From the human T2T-CHM13v2.0 reference genome, Homo sapiens, in assembly GCF_009914755.1 (NCBI RefSeq), contig NC_060935.1: a DNA stretch of 64,000 nt; one strand, 5' to 3'. The number at the start of each line of letters is the position of its first letter. Positions within the stretch are counted from its first letter, which is position 1. Positions 1 through 11,400 of this stretch are shown piece after piece. The position numbers and the translations under genes were made by a program. A model generated the notes under the pieces. The model saw only the letters and a program-made list of their open reading frames with translations, had not been told where the DNA came from and ran no database searches.

Positions 1-2074
1 CGGAGTGAGCCTAAGGGAGAATAGACACTCAGTGAGGTCACTTAGGGACTGGGTATGAGGGCTAAGCCTTGGAACATCTCAAGACTAGATTTTAGTAATT
101 TGAGGAGAAATGAGGAAACATATGAAGAATGAATCTTCAGAAGTACAAAAGAAAATCAAGCGATTGTGGAATCTCAAATGCCATGTTAAAAAGATATTCT
201 GAGAAAGAAAAAGTGATCATTTGCTATCTTTTCCCAAAATAGTGGATTTTTGTTTTTCATTAGGAATGGGGACTACACTTTCACATTCAAGATTTTAGTA
301 AGGTACAATGAAAAAGAAACAATATGAGTTCTTATGATGTTTTTGCATGGCAGAAACATCTGGATAATATAATATCATTACATATTATATATAATTTATA
401 CTGCTCCAACTTCAAATAATGGCTAGTAGCCATAAGGGTGATACATTATCATAAAATACTTTAAACACAGTAAATGTTTCTGTCCACATGCTGCGGATAT
501 TCCATTGATTTTGAAAATTACCTTCAGAATCTTATTTACAGAATTTCATGGGTCAGAGCAGTTTATGAAACATAGAATAAACTATCTACCTTCAAAAAAC
601 AATCTTCAATTCATGTTCCATTTCTGATATCTTTGTTTACCAGTAAATGATGACTCCAACAACACAAGTGTTGTGAAACATCAATAACCTTTAACTTCTA
701 CTCCTTTATGAAGTAATGTGGCAGTTGCTTTTATACACAGAGGTAATCCCAGAGACTGAGCTGCTATTTCCAGCTATTCAGATGAGTCATTTAACCTCTT
801 TTTATCCTTTAAAGATAAGAATATATTGTTCTTTGGCCTACTTCACTGGGATGAAATGAATATTGGTGAGATAATGTCTATGAAACAATTTGAATGTCTC
901 ACAAAAACAATGCCAAGTGTTTTCAAAGCAACTTGCTGGAGTTTCTGATCCAGAGGCTGAAAAGGAAACCCATGAAACTAGATTGTTTTCACTGACATTG
1001 TAAAGATTGGAGATAAAGGGAGATTCTTTCTTTTCTGCAAAAGGGAAACCATTGCTCTAAGGCTGCAAAAAGGTTCATGGAGAGAGGCTTATCTGTCTTG
1101 AATAAATTTCTGAAGAATAGTGATTGCTTTTACAAGGGTTCAGTAGGCATAGGCATGTCAAAAGATGCACATGAAACTGCCCAAGACAGGAGAATGGAGG
1201 AATCTAACTTCTGGGATAGCTACTCTCTTCCCTGTTTCCTTGTTTGTGGCACTGGCATTTACTAGGTTGGCATAACTTATAAATATGGCATTCATTCTTG
1301 TGTTCTTTATTCACCATATCCAATCTACCTCCAAATCCTGCCTGCTGTCTGTCATCATTATCTTGCTAAGCACCACCAGTCTTTTTGTACTTACTATTTT
1401 GCTTTATTCAATCTACTAGCATTCTCTCATCTTGATTATTGTGGTTCACTATCGTGGCCAGGTCTATTTCTCCATTCCATCTTTCACATCTAAAGCACGT
1501 GCCATCCCTTTTGTCTTTTTCCTGCTGATTCCATCAAACTTTTTACCTTACAACTTCTGAAATATAGCCTTTGCTCCAGGCATGCTGAATTATGAATAGT
1601 TCTCCAAAAGTCCTATGCTGTTTCATACCTCTGGCTGTTACACATGTCACTTCTGCCAGGAAAGTCCTCCCTCCCTTTGCAGGAGCAATAATATAGTATT
1701 GTCCTTGGAGCAAGGGCTTTGGTAAGGATCAAATGTCATCCTTTTCTTCCCAACTATGTGTCTCTGGACAAAATTCTGAATTTCTCTGTGTGTCAGTGCC
1801 ACGTCTTCAATATATACATAACAATATAACCTATATCATAGGTTGTGATGAGATTACATTGAAAAACTTGTGCAAATAATGTGCTTAGTACACATTAGAT
1901 TCATAGCATCTGCTGTTACTATTGTATTTTGTCTAAGTCTTATACTATAACTCAAAACTTGCTGGTTTCTTTTTTATAAACTTTTGTTATCTTCCTCGCT
2001 CTGCAAAAGGGTAACTGCTTCCTTCCTCTTTTGTGCTACTCTTTTACCTTATGTGAATAGTATAGTAATTCTAA

Positions 2075-3435
2075 TGTGTCTGGAATTGGTGGGTTCTTGG
2101 TCTCACTGACTTCAAGAACGAAACCATGGACCCTCGTGGTGAGTGTTACAGTTCTTGAAGGCGGCGTGTCCCGAGTTTTTCCTTCTGATGTTCAGATGTG
2201 TTTGGAGTTTCTTCCTTCTGGTGGGTTCGTGGTCTCGCTGGCTTAGGAGCGAAGCTGCAGACCTTGGCGGTGAGTGTTAAAGTTCATAAAAGCAGTGTGG
2301 ACCCAAAGAGTGAGCAGCAGCAAGATTTATTGCAAAGAGCAAAAGAACAAAGCTTCCAAAGTGTGGAAGGGGGCCCGAGCGGGTTGCTACTGCTGGCTCG
2401 GGCAGCCTGCTTTTATTCTCTTATCTGGCCCCACCCACGTCCTGCTGATTGGTAGAGCCGAGTGGTCTGTTTTGACAGGGCACTGATTGGTGCGTTTATA
2501 ATCCCTGAGCTAGACATAAAGGTTCTCCAAGGCCCCATCAGATTAGTGAGATACAGAGTATGGACACAAAGGTTCTCCAAGGCCCCACCAGAGCAGCTAG
2601 ATACAGAGTGTCAATTGGTGCATTCACAAACCCTGAGCTAGACACAGGGTGCTGATTGCTGTGTTTACAAACCTTGAGCTAGATGCAGAGTGCCTATTGG
2701 TGTATTTACAATCCCTGAGCTAGACATAAAGGTTCTCCAAGGCCCCACCAGAGCAGCTAGATATAGAGTGTCGATTAGTGCACTCACAAACCCTGAGCTA
2801 GATACAGGGTGCTGATTGGTGTGTTTACAAACCTTGAGCTAGATAAAGAGTGCCTATTGGTGTAGTTACAATCCCTGAGCTAGACATAAAGGTTCTCCAC
2901 GTCCCCACCAGACTCAGGAGCCCAGCTGGGCGCCATGGAGCAGGGGGTGGCATTCGTCGAGGAGGCTTGGGCCGCACAGGAGCCCACAGAGGGGGTGGGA
3001 GGCTCAGGCATGGCGGGCTGCAGGCCCCGAGCCCTGCCCCACAGGAAGGCAGCTAAGGCCCGGCGAGAAATCAAGCGCAGCGCCGGTGGGCTGGCACTGC
3101 TGGGGGACCCAGTACACCCTCCACAGCCTCTGGCCCGGGTGCTAAGCCCCTCATTGCCCAGGGCCGGCAGGGCCTGCCAAGCCCACGCCCACCCAGAACT
3201 CCAGCTGGCCCTCAAGTGCCGCGCGCAGCCCCAGTTCCCGCTTGCGCCTCTCCCTCCACACCTCCCTGCAAGCTGAGGGAGTGGGCTCCGGCCTTGGCCA
3301 GCCCAGAAAGGGGGTCCCACAGTGCAGCGGTGGGCTGAAGGGATCCTCAAGTGCGGCCAAAGTGGGAGCCTGGGCAGAGGAGACGCCGAGAGCGAGCGAG
3401 GGCTGTGAGGACTGCCAGCACACTGTCACCTCTCA
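2075..3435 (-). mobile_element. 3' LTR (LTR12 family), 1361 bp
   Basis: Matches 9582-11011; tandem CCAAT/GATA-containing subunits (ctgattggtg, gagctagatacagagtg), GC-rich U3, minus-strand AATAAA near 2415 and 2328; PPT immediately internal. Confidence 0.95.
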
Positions 3436-3448
3436 ATCCCCCCTCTAA
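3436..3448 (-). other. Polypurine tract (plus-strand primer site) of the provirus
   Basis: Minus strand reads a purine run (AGAGGGGGG-AT) directly before the TG start of the 3' LTR. Confidence 0.85.
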
Positions 3449-3603
3449 ACAGGACATCCCAACTGCTGTTGGGAATTTGGCTGATGACTGCTCTAACTAC
3501 TTCCTGCTGGATCAGGGCAAAGAAGGGGCCCTGCACTTGTAGTGTCCTTCAGAGGGGAAGTCTCTAGGCCAGGGAAAGTGCCAGTGGGTCAGTCCAGGGG
3601 TCC

Positions 3604-4110
3604 TCAGTAGAAATTGTTAGTTGAACTCATTTGGGGTTCCATTTGTAAGACCATCTGTAGCTTGATGGCCTTGATTCTAGAGGAAACAAATTTGATAAGA
3701 TGGTTAAAAATACAGGGCCCAAAGGCGAGTAACAGCAAGATGGCTGCCATGGGACCTAGAAAGGGGAGAAGCCATGTTGCCCAACCCCAGAGGTTGGCAT
3801 AAGAATTTGAAAGGCGTTGTCTGATTTCAGAAGCCTTTTCCTGTAAATGCTGGGTGGCATTTCGTACTATCCCTGACTGGTTACTGTAAAAACAACACTC
3901 TTCCCCTAAGAAGGTGCAGAGTCCTCCTTTCTCAGCAGTGAGGAGGTCTAGGCCTCAGCGGTTTTGGAGAGTCACTGCTGCCAAACAGTCTATTTGGGAT
4001 TGTAAAGTAAGGATAGATTTCGTTATTTCTTGCAAACTGTTTAAGAGGCAGATATGGGTTGAAGATCCACATAAGTAGAGTATGCCTTGGCTGGGTAGAT
4101 AGAAATTCAC
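3604..4110 (-). pseudogene. env: env remnant: short SU C-terminal piece fused to TM (ISD, CX6CC, membrane anchor, tail)
   Basis: Minus translation: [78 protein letters not shown]...WATWLLPFLGPMAAILLLLAFGPCIFNHLIKFVSSRIKAIKLQM; gammaretroviral-type TM resembling HERV-W env; TGA at 3955-3957 inside the ISD. Confidence 0.9.
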
Positions 4111-4156
4111 CCTGGCTTTTAAAGGAAAAGGGTACACTGTTTTTTCTTTACTACTT

Positions 4157-4320
4157 CCATCTCTCTCTTTCTGTCTTCGACTTCTTGTCTCTTCCTCTCT
4201 TTTTAACTCTCTCTTTGACTTTCTGTGTCTGTCCCTCTTTCTCTCTGACTTCTTCTTTGTCTCTTCCTCTCTGTCTCTCTTTGACTTCCCATCTTTCTTT
4301 CCTTTCTGCTGCCTCTGCCA
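4157..4320. repeat. CT-rich (GA-rich on viral sense) low-complexity tract at the pol/env deletion junction
   Basis: Runs of ctctctcttt/ctgtct/gactt between the RNase H end and the env remnant. Confidence 0.85.
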
Positions 4321-4369
4321 GCTGCTTATGCTGCTGTTCTCCCTTCTCCTTCCCATTTTGATGGCTTTG

Positions 4370-6555
4370 TCATTGTAAGATTCCCACCTCTTTGTGTTTT
4401 TGCATTGCATGCAATAACTCTATAACTTCCTTGTGGTATTTAATGGGGGTTTCCCCAGAGATTAGGAACTCCCTCTCTTTCCATATTGCAGCATGGGCAT
4501 GTAGGATTAGATAAGCATACTTGCTATCTGTATACACATTTATTCTTTTTCCCTTTCCCAGTTCTAAGGCTCGGGTAAGTGCCACTAGTTCCACTAACTG
4601 GGCACTGGTCCCTGGGGGAAGAGGCTGGCTTTCAAGTATGGTTACATCACTAACAATGGCGCAACCTGCCCTTCGTATCCCATTCTCCACAAATGAACTT
4701 CCATCAGTATATAGGTTAAGGCCAGGATTAGTTAAGGGGACTTCTAAGAGACCATCTCGGGCGGCGTAAGTCTGGACTATAATTTGTTGGCAGTCATGCT
4801 CGATTGGTTCCCCATCCTCTGGGAGAAAAGTGGCAGGGTTGAGGGCCACGTGTGTGCGTATTTGAAGCACCGGTCCCTCAAGGAGTAGTGCCTGGTATCT
4901 AAGTAGGCGGTTGTCTGATAGCCATAAACTTCCTTTGGCACCTAGTATGCCATTTACATCATGAGTAGTCCAGACAGTGAGATCCTTTCCTTGTATTATT
5001 TTGATAGCCTCTGATGCTAAGATGGCCACTGCTGCAACTACCCTTAAACAGTGAGGCCAGCCTTTTGCTACTACATCAATTTCCTTACTTAGGTATGCCA
5101 CTGGTTGTGGGGTTGTCCCACGAGTCTGAATAAGGACTCCAAGAGCTATCCCGGCTCTCTCTGTGATGTATAAGGAGAAGTTCTGTCCTGTGGGAAGGCT
5201 CAAAGCTGGAGCTTGTACTAGGGCCTGTTTTAAGGTTTTGAAGGCTGTTTCTGCCTCTGGTTCCCATTCGACTAGATGAGTATTTGCCTTCTGGGTTTCC
5301 TTGATTAGAGTATAGAGGGGCCTGGCTATCTCACTGTATCCGGGGATCCATAGTCGGCAAAAGCCAGTAATTCCAAGGAACCCCCTCAACTGTTTTAATG
5401 TCTTAGGGCAAGGATAAGCCAGTATAGGCTGTATTCATTCCTTGCTGAGGGCCCTGGTCCCTTTGGCTAAGATTAGGCCTGGATATTTAACCTGCTGTAG
5501 ACAAAGCTGGGCCTTCGACCTAGACACCTTGTACCCTTGAGCTAGAAAGTTCAAGAGACCTAGAGTAGCCTGCTGGCACGAGGCTTCCAAACTGGTAGCC
5601 AAAAGTAAATCATCCACATATTGAAGGACCAGAGTGCCTGGACTTGAGAAGTGGCCTAGATCTTGGGCTAGGGCCTGACCAAACAGATGCGGGCTATCCC
5701 TAAACCCTTGGGTCAAGACCGTCCATGTAAGTTGGGATGTGTGGTCTGTGGGATCCTCAAAGGCAAAGAGGAACTGGGAATCAGAGTGCAGGGAATACAG
5801 AAGAAGGCATCCTTGAGGTCCAGAACCATGAACCATTCTGCTTCCTCTGGTATTGGAGAGAGCAAGGTATAGGGGTTGGGTACAACTGGATATAGAGGAA
5901 TTAGTGCCTCATTAATGAGTCTAAGATTTGCACTAGTCTCCACTGACCGTTTGGGTTTTTGTACTCCTAGAATTGGGGTGTTGCAGGGACTGCTGCATTT
6001 CCTTACTAAGCCTTGAGCTTTCAAACGTTTAACAATATTCTGTAATCCTTTATGAGCTTCAGGCCTTAAGGGATATTGCCTTTGATAAGGAAAAGTGGTG
6101 GGATCTTTTAACCTGATTTTGACTGGGCAGGCATTTTTTGCCCTTCCAAATTGTCCTTCCAATGCCCAGACTTCAGGGTTGATTCCCTCCTCAAGTATGG
6201 GACAACAAATGGGTAACTTGTTCCCCATATTCATGTAGATAGTAGCTCCAGCCTTGGCTAATATATCCCTCCCTAATAAGGGTGTGGGACTTTCAGGCAT
6301 AACAAGAAAGGCATGTGAAAAGAGCAAAGTCTCCCAATTACAACTGAGAAGGTGGGAGAAATACCTGGTTACAGGCTGTCCCAGGATTTCTCAGATGGTA
6401 ATGGACCTTGAGGACAGTTGTCCAGGACAAGAGATTAACGCTGAGAAGGCTGCACCAGTGTCCAGGAGGAAGTCAATTTCCTGGCCCTCAATAGTTAAAC
6501 ATACCCGGGGCTCAGTGAGGGCGATGACATGATCTGGCGCTTGCCCTGGGCACCC
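4370..6555 (-). pseudogene. pol: pro-pol: protease, reverse transcriptase, connection, RNase H; frameshifted, no integrase
   Basis: EIDFLLDTGAAFS (aspartyl protease, ~6445-6480); LLGRDIL; LTQGFRDSP and QYVDDLLL (RT); LYTDGSS, SAQLVEL, YTDSKY (RNase H) in the 339-aa ORF 4370-5389; split over several frames. Confidence 0.95.
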
Positions 6556-8016
6556 TCAGTCCTGTTGTTGGATCATCTGGCTGGGGGCTTCTGACCCAGG
6601 GAACCTTCATGCTCTGGGGTAGTGCACCTTCCAGTGATTGCCTCGGCATAGTGGACATGGACGAGGGGGCAGCTTGTTTCTCATTGGACAATCTTTTTTA
6701 AAGAGTCCTAGTAAACCACACTGATAACAAGCCCTACCAGGTGATTGTCCTGCTCCATTTTCTGTCCTCTCTGAACCACCAAGGTTTGTTTGTCTGAGGG
6801 CCATGACTAAGGCTGCGGCCTTTCTCTGATCTCACTTTTCCTTTTGGGCCTGTTCCTCTTGGTCCCTATTATAGAACACCGAGGTTGCCAGGTTTAATAA
6901 TGTCTCCAGATTTTGTTCAGGGCCCAGGGCTTGCTTTTGGAGCTTTCTCCTGATATCTTCAGCTGACTGGGTAATAAACTTATCTTTTAGAATCAATTGA
7001 CCCTCGAGTGATTAGGGTGACAGGGGAGTATATTTTCTTAAGGCCTCTCGTAGCTGGCTCGAGGAAGGCAGAAGGAATTTTTTCCTTTCCCTGAGTTATG
7101 GTGGACATCATTGAATAATTCATGGGCTTTTTTCTAATTCTCCTTAGTCCTTCTAGAACACAGGTCAATAGATGTTTATGACTCCAGTCCCCATGATCTG
7201 AGTCAAGGTCCCAGTGGGGATCCATACTGGGGATGGCTTGCTGGCCAGCAGGGAATTTGTCCCTTTCTTCGGCTATCATTCTATCATTTACTTGACTAAG
7301 ATACCAGGTATCTCCAAACTCTCGGGCTGCAGCTAAAGCCGCATTCTTTTCATTAAAGGCCAGGGTTTGATCTAACAGTAGCATGACATCTCTCCAAGCG
7401 AGGTCAAAGGTTTGCCCTAGACCCTGTAAGACATCTATGTACCTATAAGGATCATCTGAAAACTTCCCAGGTCTGCCTTGATCTGCTTTAAATCAGAGAG
7501 GGAGAAGGGGACATGTACCCAGGTTGGGCCAAATTCCCCTCCCCCTACAGCTTGAAGGGGACATAACCGATAGCCCGGGGGGGTTTTGTGGTCCTTTGGA
7601 TATTTCTTTGCTTATTTCCTTCTGGGCAGGGGAGATTAGAGGAGGATTATCATTAATAGGAAGGGGAGCTATAGGGAGGCTAGGATATGGGGGTTAGCTG
7701 AGAGGTCCTCCTGTGGGATATAAATTGTAAGCTTTGCATAGTTGTGTATGCTCCCTCAATGAAAAGAAAGTTTGGACATAAGGTATTTCACTCCTTTGCC
7801 TTCCCTCTTACAGAAAAGGTCAAGCTGCAGGATAGTATTGTAATTTGTACTTCCATCAGGTGGCCATTTTTCCCCATCAGAGAGAGAACACTGGGGCCAA
7901 GCAGTAGTGCAGAAAAAAGTTAGCCACCTCTTTTTCAGGGTTTGTGGGTCAAATTGGTCCCTGTGGCTTAGGATGCATTTCAAGGGTGAGCCTGTTGACG
8001 CCTGAGTGTTTCCCAT
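6556..8016 (-). pseudogene. gag: gag (MA-CA-NC), disrupted
   Basis: [18 protein letters not shown] start (ATG 8016-8014); capsid MHR-like TITQGKEKIPSAFLE; degenerate zinc knuckles CYQCGLLGLFKKDC and CPLCRGNHWKVHY; QQD-TGA-GCPGQ gag/pol junction at 6556-6558. Confidence 0.92.
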
Positions 8017-8060
8017 CTGAAAGACAAAACCGCCCGTGGTTTTGGTTTGTTTTGTTTCTT

Positions 8061-8390
8061 CCCCTGCCCAAGAACCCGCAATGGTCCCTGGACCCTGCTG
8101 ATCGGAATAGTTGCGCTCACCGACACAGCAGCAGAAACATCCCCTGCCCAAGAACCCGCAACAGTCCCTGGACCCTGCTGATCAGAATAGTTGCACTCAC
8201 CGAAGCAGCAGCAGAAACACTAGTTTTCCTCCCAGACCACATGAAGGACCGAGGAAGGTCGGATTTAGTGGTCCTTACCGACACATTCTCGAAAACCTGC
8301 ACCCTTGCCTGTCCTCCTAGACCACAAGGAGGACTGACCGAGAAAAATCGGATTTAGTGGCCCTTACTGACGCATTCTCAAAAACCTGTT
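8061..8390. repeat. Leader tandem repeats (2 x 80 bp, then 2 x ~88 bp)
   Basis: cccctgcccaagaacccgca...gcagcagaaaca at 8061 and 8141; agaccac...ggatttagtgg...aaaacctg twice from ~8228. Confidence 0.85.
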
Positions 8391-8739
8391 AGAGTCCTAA
8401 GAATTCTCCTGTTAGTATTGGGACTTTACCCCTGTCCTATAAAGATGTTATGCCCCCAAAATGAAGTGGAGGGTCATACCCTGAGGGAGGGAAGGGATCT
8501 CCAGGTTTGGAAGAGTGACACCTTTTGTCCTCACTTATATGAATAGGAAGGATACAATTTCTGAGGCTCCCCATATCCTATCTTCAGGAATAGCTTTTGT
8601 TAGGCCTATTAGTCTGAGGAGGGATCCTAAAATTCCAAGTAGGCCCCACTACGACGGGGCTTTGGGCAAAAATTATTTCTTTCTGATTGGTGAGCCCAGG
8701 TGCCTAAAGAAGGTAACAGAGTCCTGGAGTTTATACTAG

Positions 8740-9163
8740 AAATCATTCTTATAGGAGAAACTAGAAAAGCACCAGAGACAGGTAGCAATTTTTAGAAACG
8801 GGTCCAACCTCAGAGAAAAGAGGTGAGAGGAAGTTTGTTTGGCAGGTGTTAGGACCCAGGGGGCAAGGGTCAGAATAGATAGGATAGATGGGTGAGTCTT
8901 GCTTGAGCGACATGCTTTTGAGCATTCCACTCATGGCCGCAGGGTCAACCAAATCATTCTTATAGGAGAAACTAGAAAAGCACCAGAGACAGGTAGCAAT
9001 TTTTAGAAACGGGTCTAACCTCAGAGAAGAGAGGTGAGAGGAAGTTTGTCTGTCAGGCATTAGGACCCAGGGGGCAACGGTCAGGATAGATAGGATAGAT
9101 GGGTGAGTCTTGCTTGGGTGATATGCTTTTGAGCGTTCCACTCATGGCCGCAGGGTCAACCAA
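8740..9163. repeat. 211-bp tandem duplication in the proviral leader
   Basis: aaatcattcttataggagaaac...gggtcaaccaa starts at 8740 and 8951; about 12 substitutions counted by eye. Confidence 0.92.
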
Positions 9164-9560
9164 CATGTTGTTGGGACCCCTGGAGCTGCATGGCTTTCCT
9201 CTCTGTCAACCCTTGGCTCAGCCCAGAAGTACAGGCAAAGCAGAAGCTGGTTCTAGGCAAACCAACGGTCCCAACTCCGAAGAGTCAGGGGTTGTTAGAG
9301 AGCCCTTTCCCAGAAAGCCTGCAACCGTGTCTTTAGTCTGGCGGCTGCGCTAGTTGCTTTTAACTGGCTGACAGGTGCCCGGTATTTAGCCCCCGAATTC
9401 TGAGGAAAAATAGGACAGACTAGCAAGTGAAAGGGGTCTGATGATACTCACTGCTTGGCGATAGGCGATTGTCTCACGGCTCGGCAATGGTCTCACCGCT
9501 TGGTGATAGGCGAAGGTCTCACCGCTCGGTGATTGTCTCACTGCTTGGCGATAGGCGAAT

Positions 9561-9578
9561 GTCCCTTCGTGGTCACCA
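9561..9578 (-). other. Primer-binding site, tRNA-Arg type
   Basis: Minus strand TGGTGACCACGAAGGGAC 3 nt inside the 5' LTR end; resembles the complement of a tRNA-Arg 3' end as expected for ERV9. Confidence 0.85.
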
Positions 9579-9581
9579 AAA

Positions 9582-11011
9582 TGTGTCCGGAATTGGTGGG
9601 TTCTTGGTCTCACTGACTTCAAGAATGAAGCTGTGGACCCTCGCAGTGAGTGTTACAGTTCTTAAAGGCGGCGTGTCCAGAGTTTCTTCCTTCTGATGTT
9701 CAGATGTGTTCGGAGTTTCTTCCTTCTGGTGGGTTCGTGGTCTCGCTGGCTCAGGAGTGAAGCTGCAGACCTTTGTGGTGAGTGTTACAGCTCTTAAGGT
9801 GGCACGTCTGGAGTTGTTCGTTCCTCCCGGTGGGCTCGTGGTCTTGCTGGCTTCAGGAGCGAAGCTGCAGACCTTGGCGGTGAGTGTTACAGCTCATAAA
9901 AGCAGTGTGGACCCAAAGAGTGAGCAGTAGCAAGATTTATTGCAAAGAGCAAAAGAACAAAGCTTCCACAGTGTGGAAGGGGACCCGAACGGGTTGCCAC
10001 TGCTGGCTCGGGCAGCCTGCTTTTATTCTCTTATCTGGCCCCATCCATGTCCTGCTGATTGGTAGAGCCGAGTGGTCTGTTTTGACAGGGTGCTGATTGG
10101 TGCGTTCACAATCCCTGAGCTAGACATAAAGTTTCTCCAAGGCCCCATCAGATTAGTTAGATACAGAGTATGGACACAAAGGTTCTCCAAGGCCCCACCA
10201 GAGCAGCTGGATACGGAGTGTCAATTGGTGTATTCACAAACCCTGAGCTAGACACAGGGTGCTGATTGGTGTGTTTACAAACCTTGAGCTAGATACAGAG
10301 TGCCTAGTGGTGTATTTACAATCCCTGAGCTAGACATAAAGGTTCTCCACGTCCCCACCAGACTCAGGAGCCCAGCTGGCTTCACCCAGTGGATCCCGCC
10401 CGGGTGGCTGCAGGTGGAGCTGCCTGCCAGTCTCGGTGCCGTGCGCCTGCACTCCTCAGCCCTTGGGTGGTCAATGGGACTGGGCACTGTGGAGCAGGGG
10501 GTGGCGCTTGTCGAGGAGGCTTGGGCTGCACAGGATCCCACGGAGGGGGTGGGAGGCTCAGGCATGGCGGGCTGCAGGTCCCGAGCCCTGCCCCACAGGA
10601 AGGCAGCTAAGGCCCGGCGAGAAATCGAGTGCAGTGCCAGTGGGCTGGCACTGCTGGGCGACCCAGTACATCCTCCACAGCCTCTGGCCTGGGTGCTAAG
10701 CCCGTCATTGCCCAGGGCCGGCAGGGCCGGCCGGCTGCTCCTAGTGCGGGCCCGCCAAGCCCACGCCCACCCAGAACTCCAGCTGGTCCGCAAGCGCCGC
10801 GCACAGCCCCGGTTCCCACTTGCGACTCTCCCTCCACACCTCCCTGCAAGCTGAGGGACTGGGCTCCAGCCTTGGCTAGCCCAGAAAGGGGGTCCCACAG
10901 TGCAGCGGTGGGCTGAAGGGATCCTCAAGTGCTGCCAAATTGGGAGCCCAGGCAGAGGAGGAGCCGAGAGCGAGCCAGGGCTGTGAGGACTGCCAGCACG
11001 CTGTCACCTCA
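9582..11011 (-). mobile_element. 5' LTR (LTR12 family), 1430 bp
   Basis: Direct repeat of 2075-3435; adjacent to the PBS; ends in CA followed by TSD CTAA. Confidence 0.95.
9930..10350 (-). promoter_or_regulatory. LTR12 promoter/enhancer core: repeated CCAAT (NF-Y) and GATA motifs, TATA-like AATAAA, poly(A) signal
   Basis: CCAAT on the minus strand (gattgg/aattgg at ~10057, 10095, 10223, 10264); minus AATAAAA at ~10021-10027; second AATAAA at ~9936-9941. Confidence 0.7.
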
Positions 11012-11096
11012 CTAATACATGTTTGAAATTCTTTGCCTAAGTAGGTGTCTTGTACACTGGATTGCAAAAAAAAATTGTTAAAAGTAGATCTATTTT

Positions 11097-11400
11097 AGCC
11101 AGACTCGGTGGCCCATGCCTGTAACCCCAGCACTTTGGGAGGCCAAGGTGGGTGGATCATGAGGTCAGGAGTTGAAAACCAGCCTGGCCAAGATGGTGAA
11201 ACCCTATCTGTACTAAAAGTACAAAAAATTAGCCAGGTGTGGTGGCGGGGACCTGTAATCTCAGGTACTCTGGAGGCTGAGGCAGAGAATTGCTTGAATT
11301 CAGGAGGCAGAGGTTGCAGTGAGCCGAGATCACACCACTGCACTCCAGCCTGGGTGACAGAGTGAGACTCCATCTAAACAACAACAACAACAACAACAAC
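11097..11400 (+). mobile_element. AluS (Sg-like) with (CAA)n tail
   Basis: Dimeric Alu; imperfect TSD aaaagt(a/g)gatc on both sides. Confidence 0.92.

Larger units (their letters stand above)
2075..11011 (-). mobile_element. HERV9 (ERV9) provirus: LTR12-internal-LTR12, internally deleted
   Basis: Two ~1.4-kb direct repeats with TG...CA ends flanked by identical 4-bp TSD CTAA (2071-2074, 11012-11015); gag/pro/pol/env remnants between them on the minus strand; PBS and PPT in canonical positions. Confidence 0.96.

Noticed and set aside
2480-2900. Regularly spaced repeats resembling a CRISPR array
   Set aside because: These are LTR12 U3 tandem subunits; there are no unique spacers or cas genes and the context is human.
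9561-9578. tRNA-like sequence
   Set aside because: Only the 18-nt PBS is present; there is no cloverleaf.
10275-10928. Overlapping 184-217 aa ORFs (also 2880-3350)
   Set aside because: GC-rich LTR12 sequence is poor in stop codons; ORFs occur in several frames with no recognisable domain.
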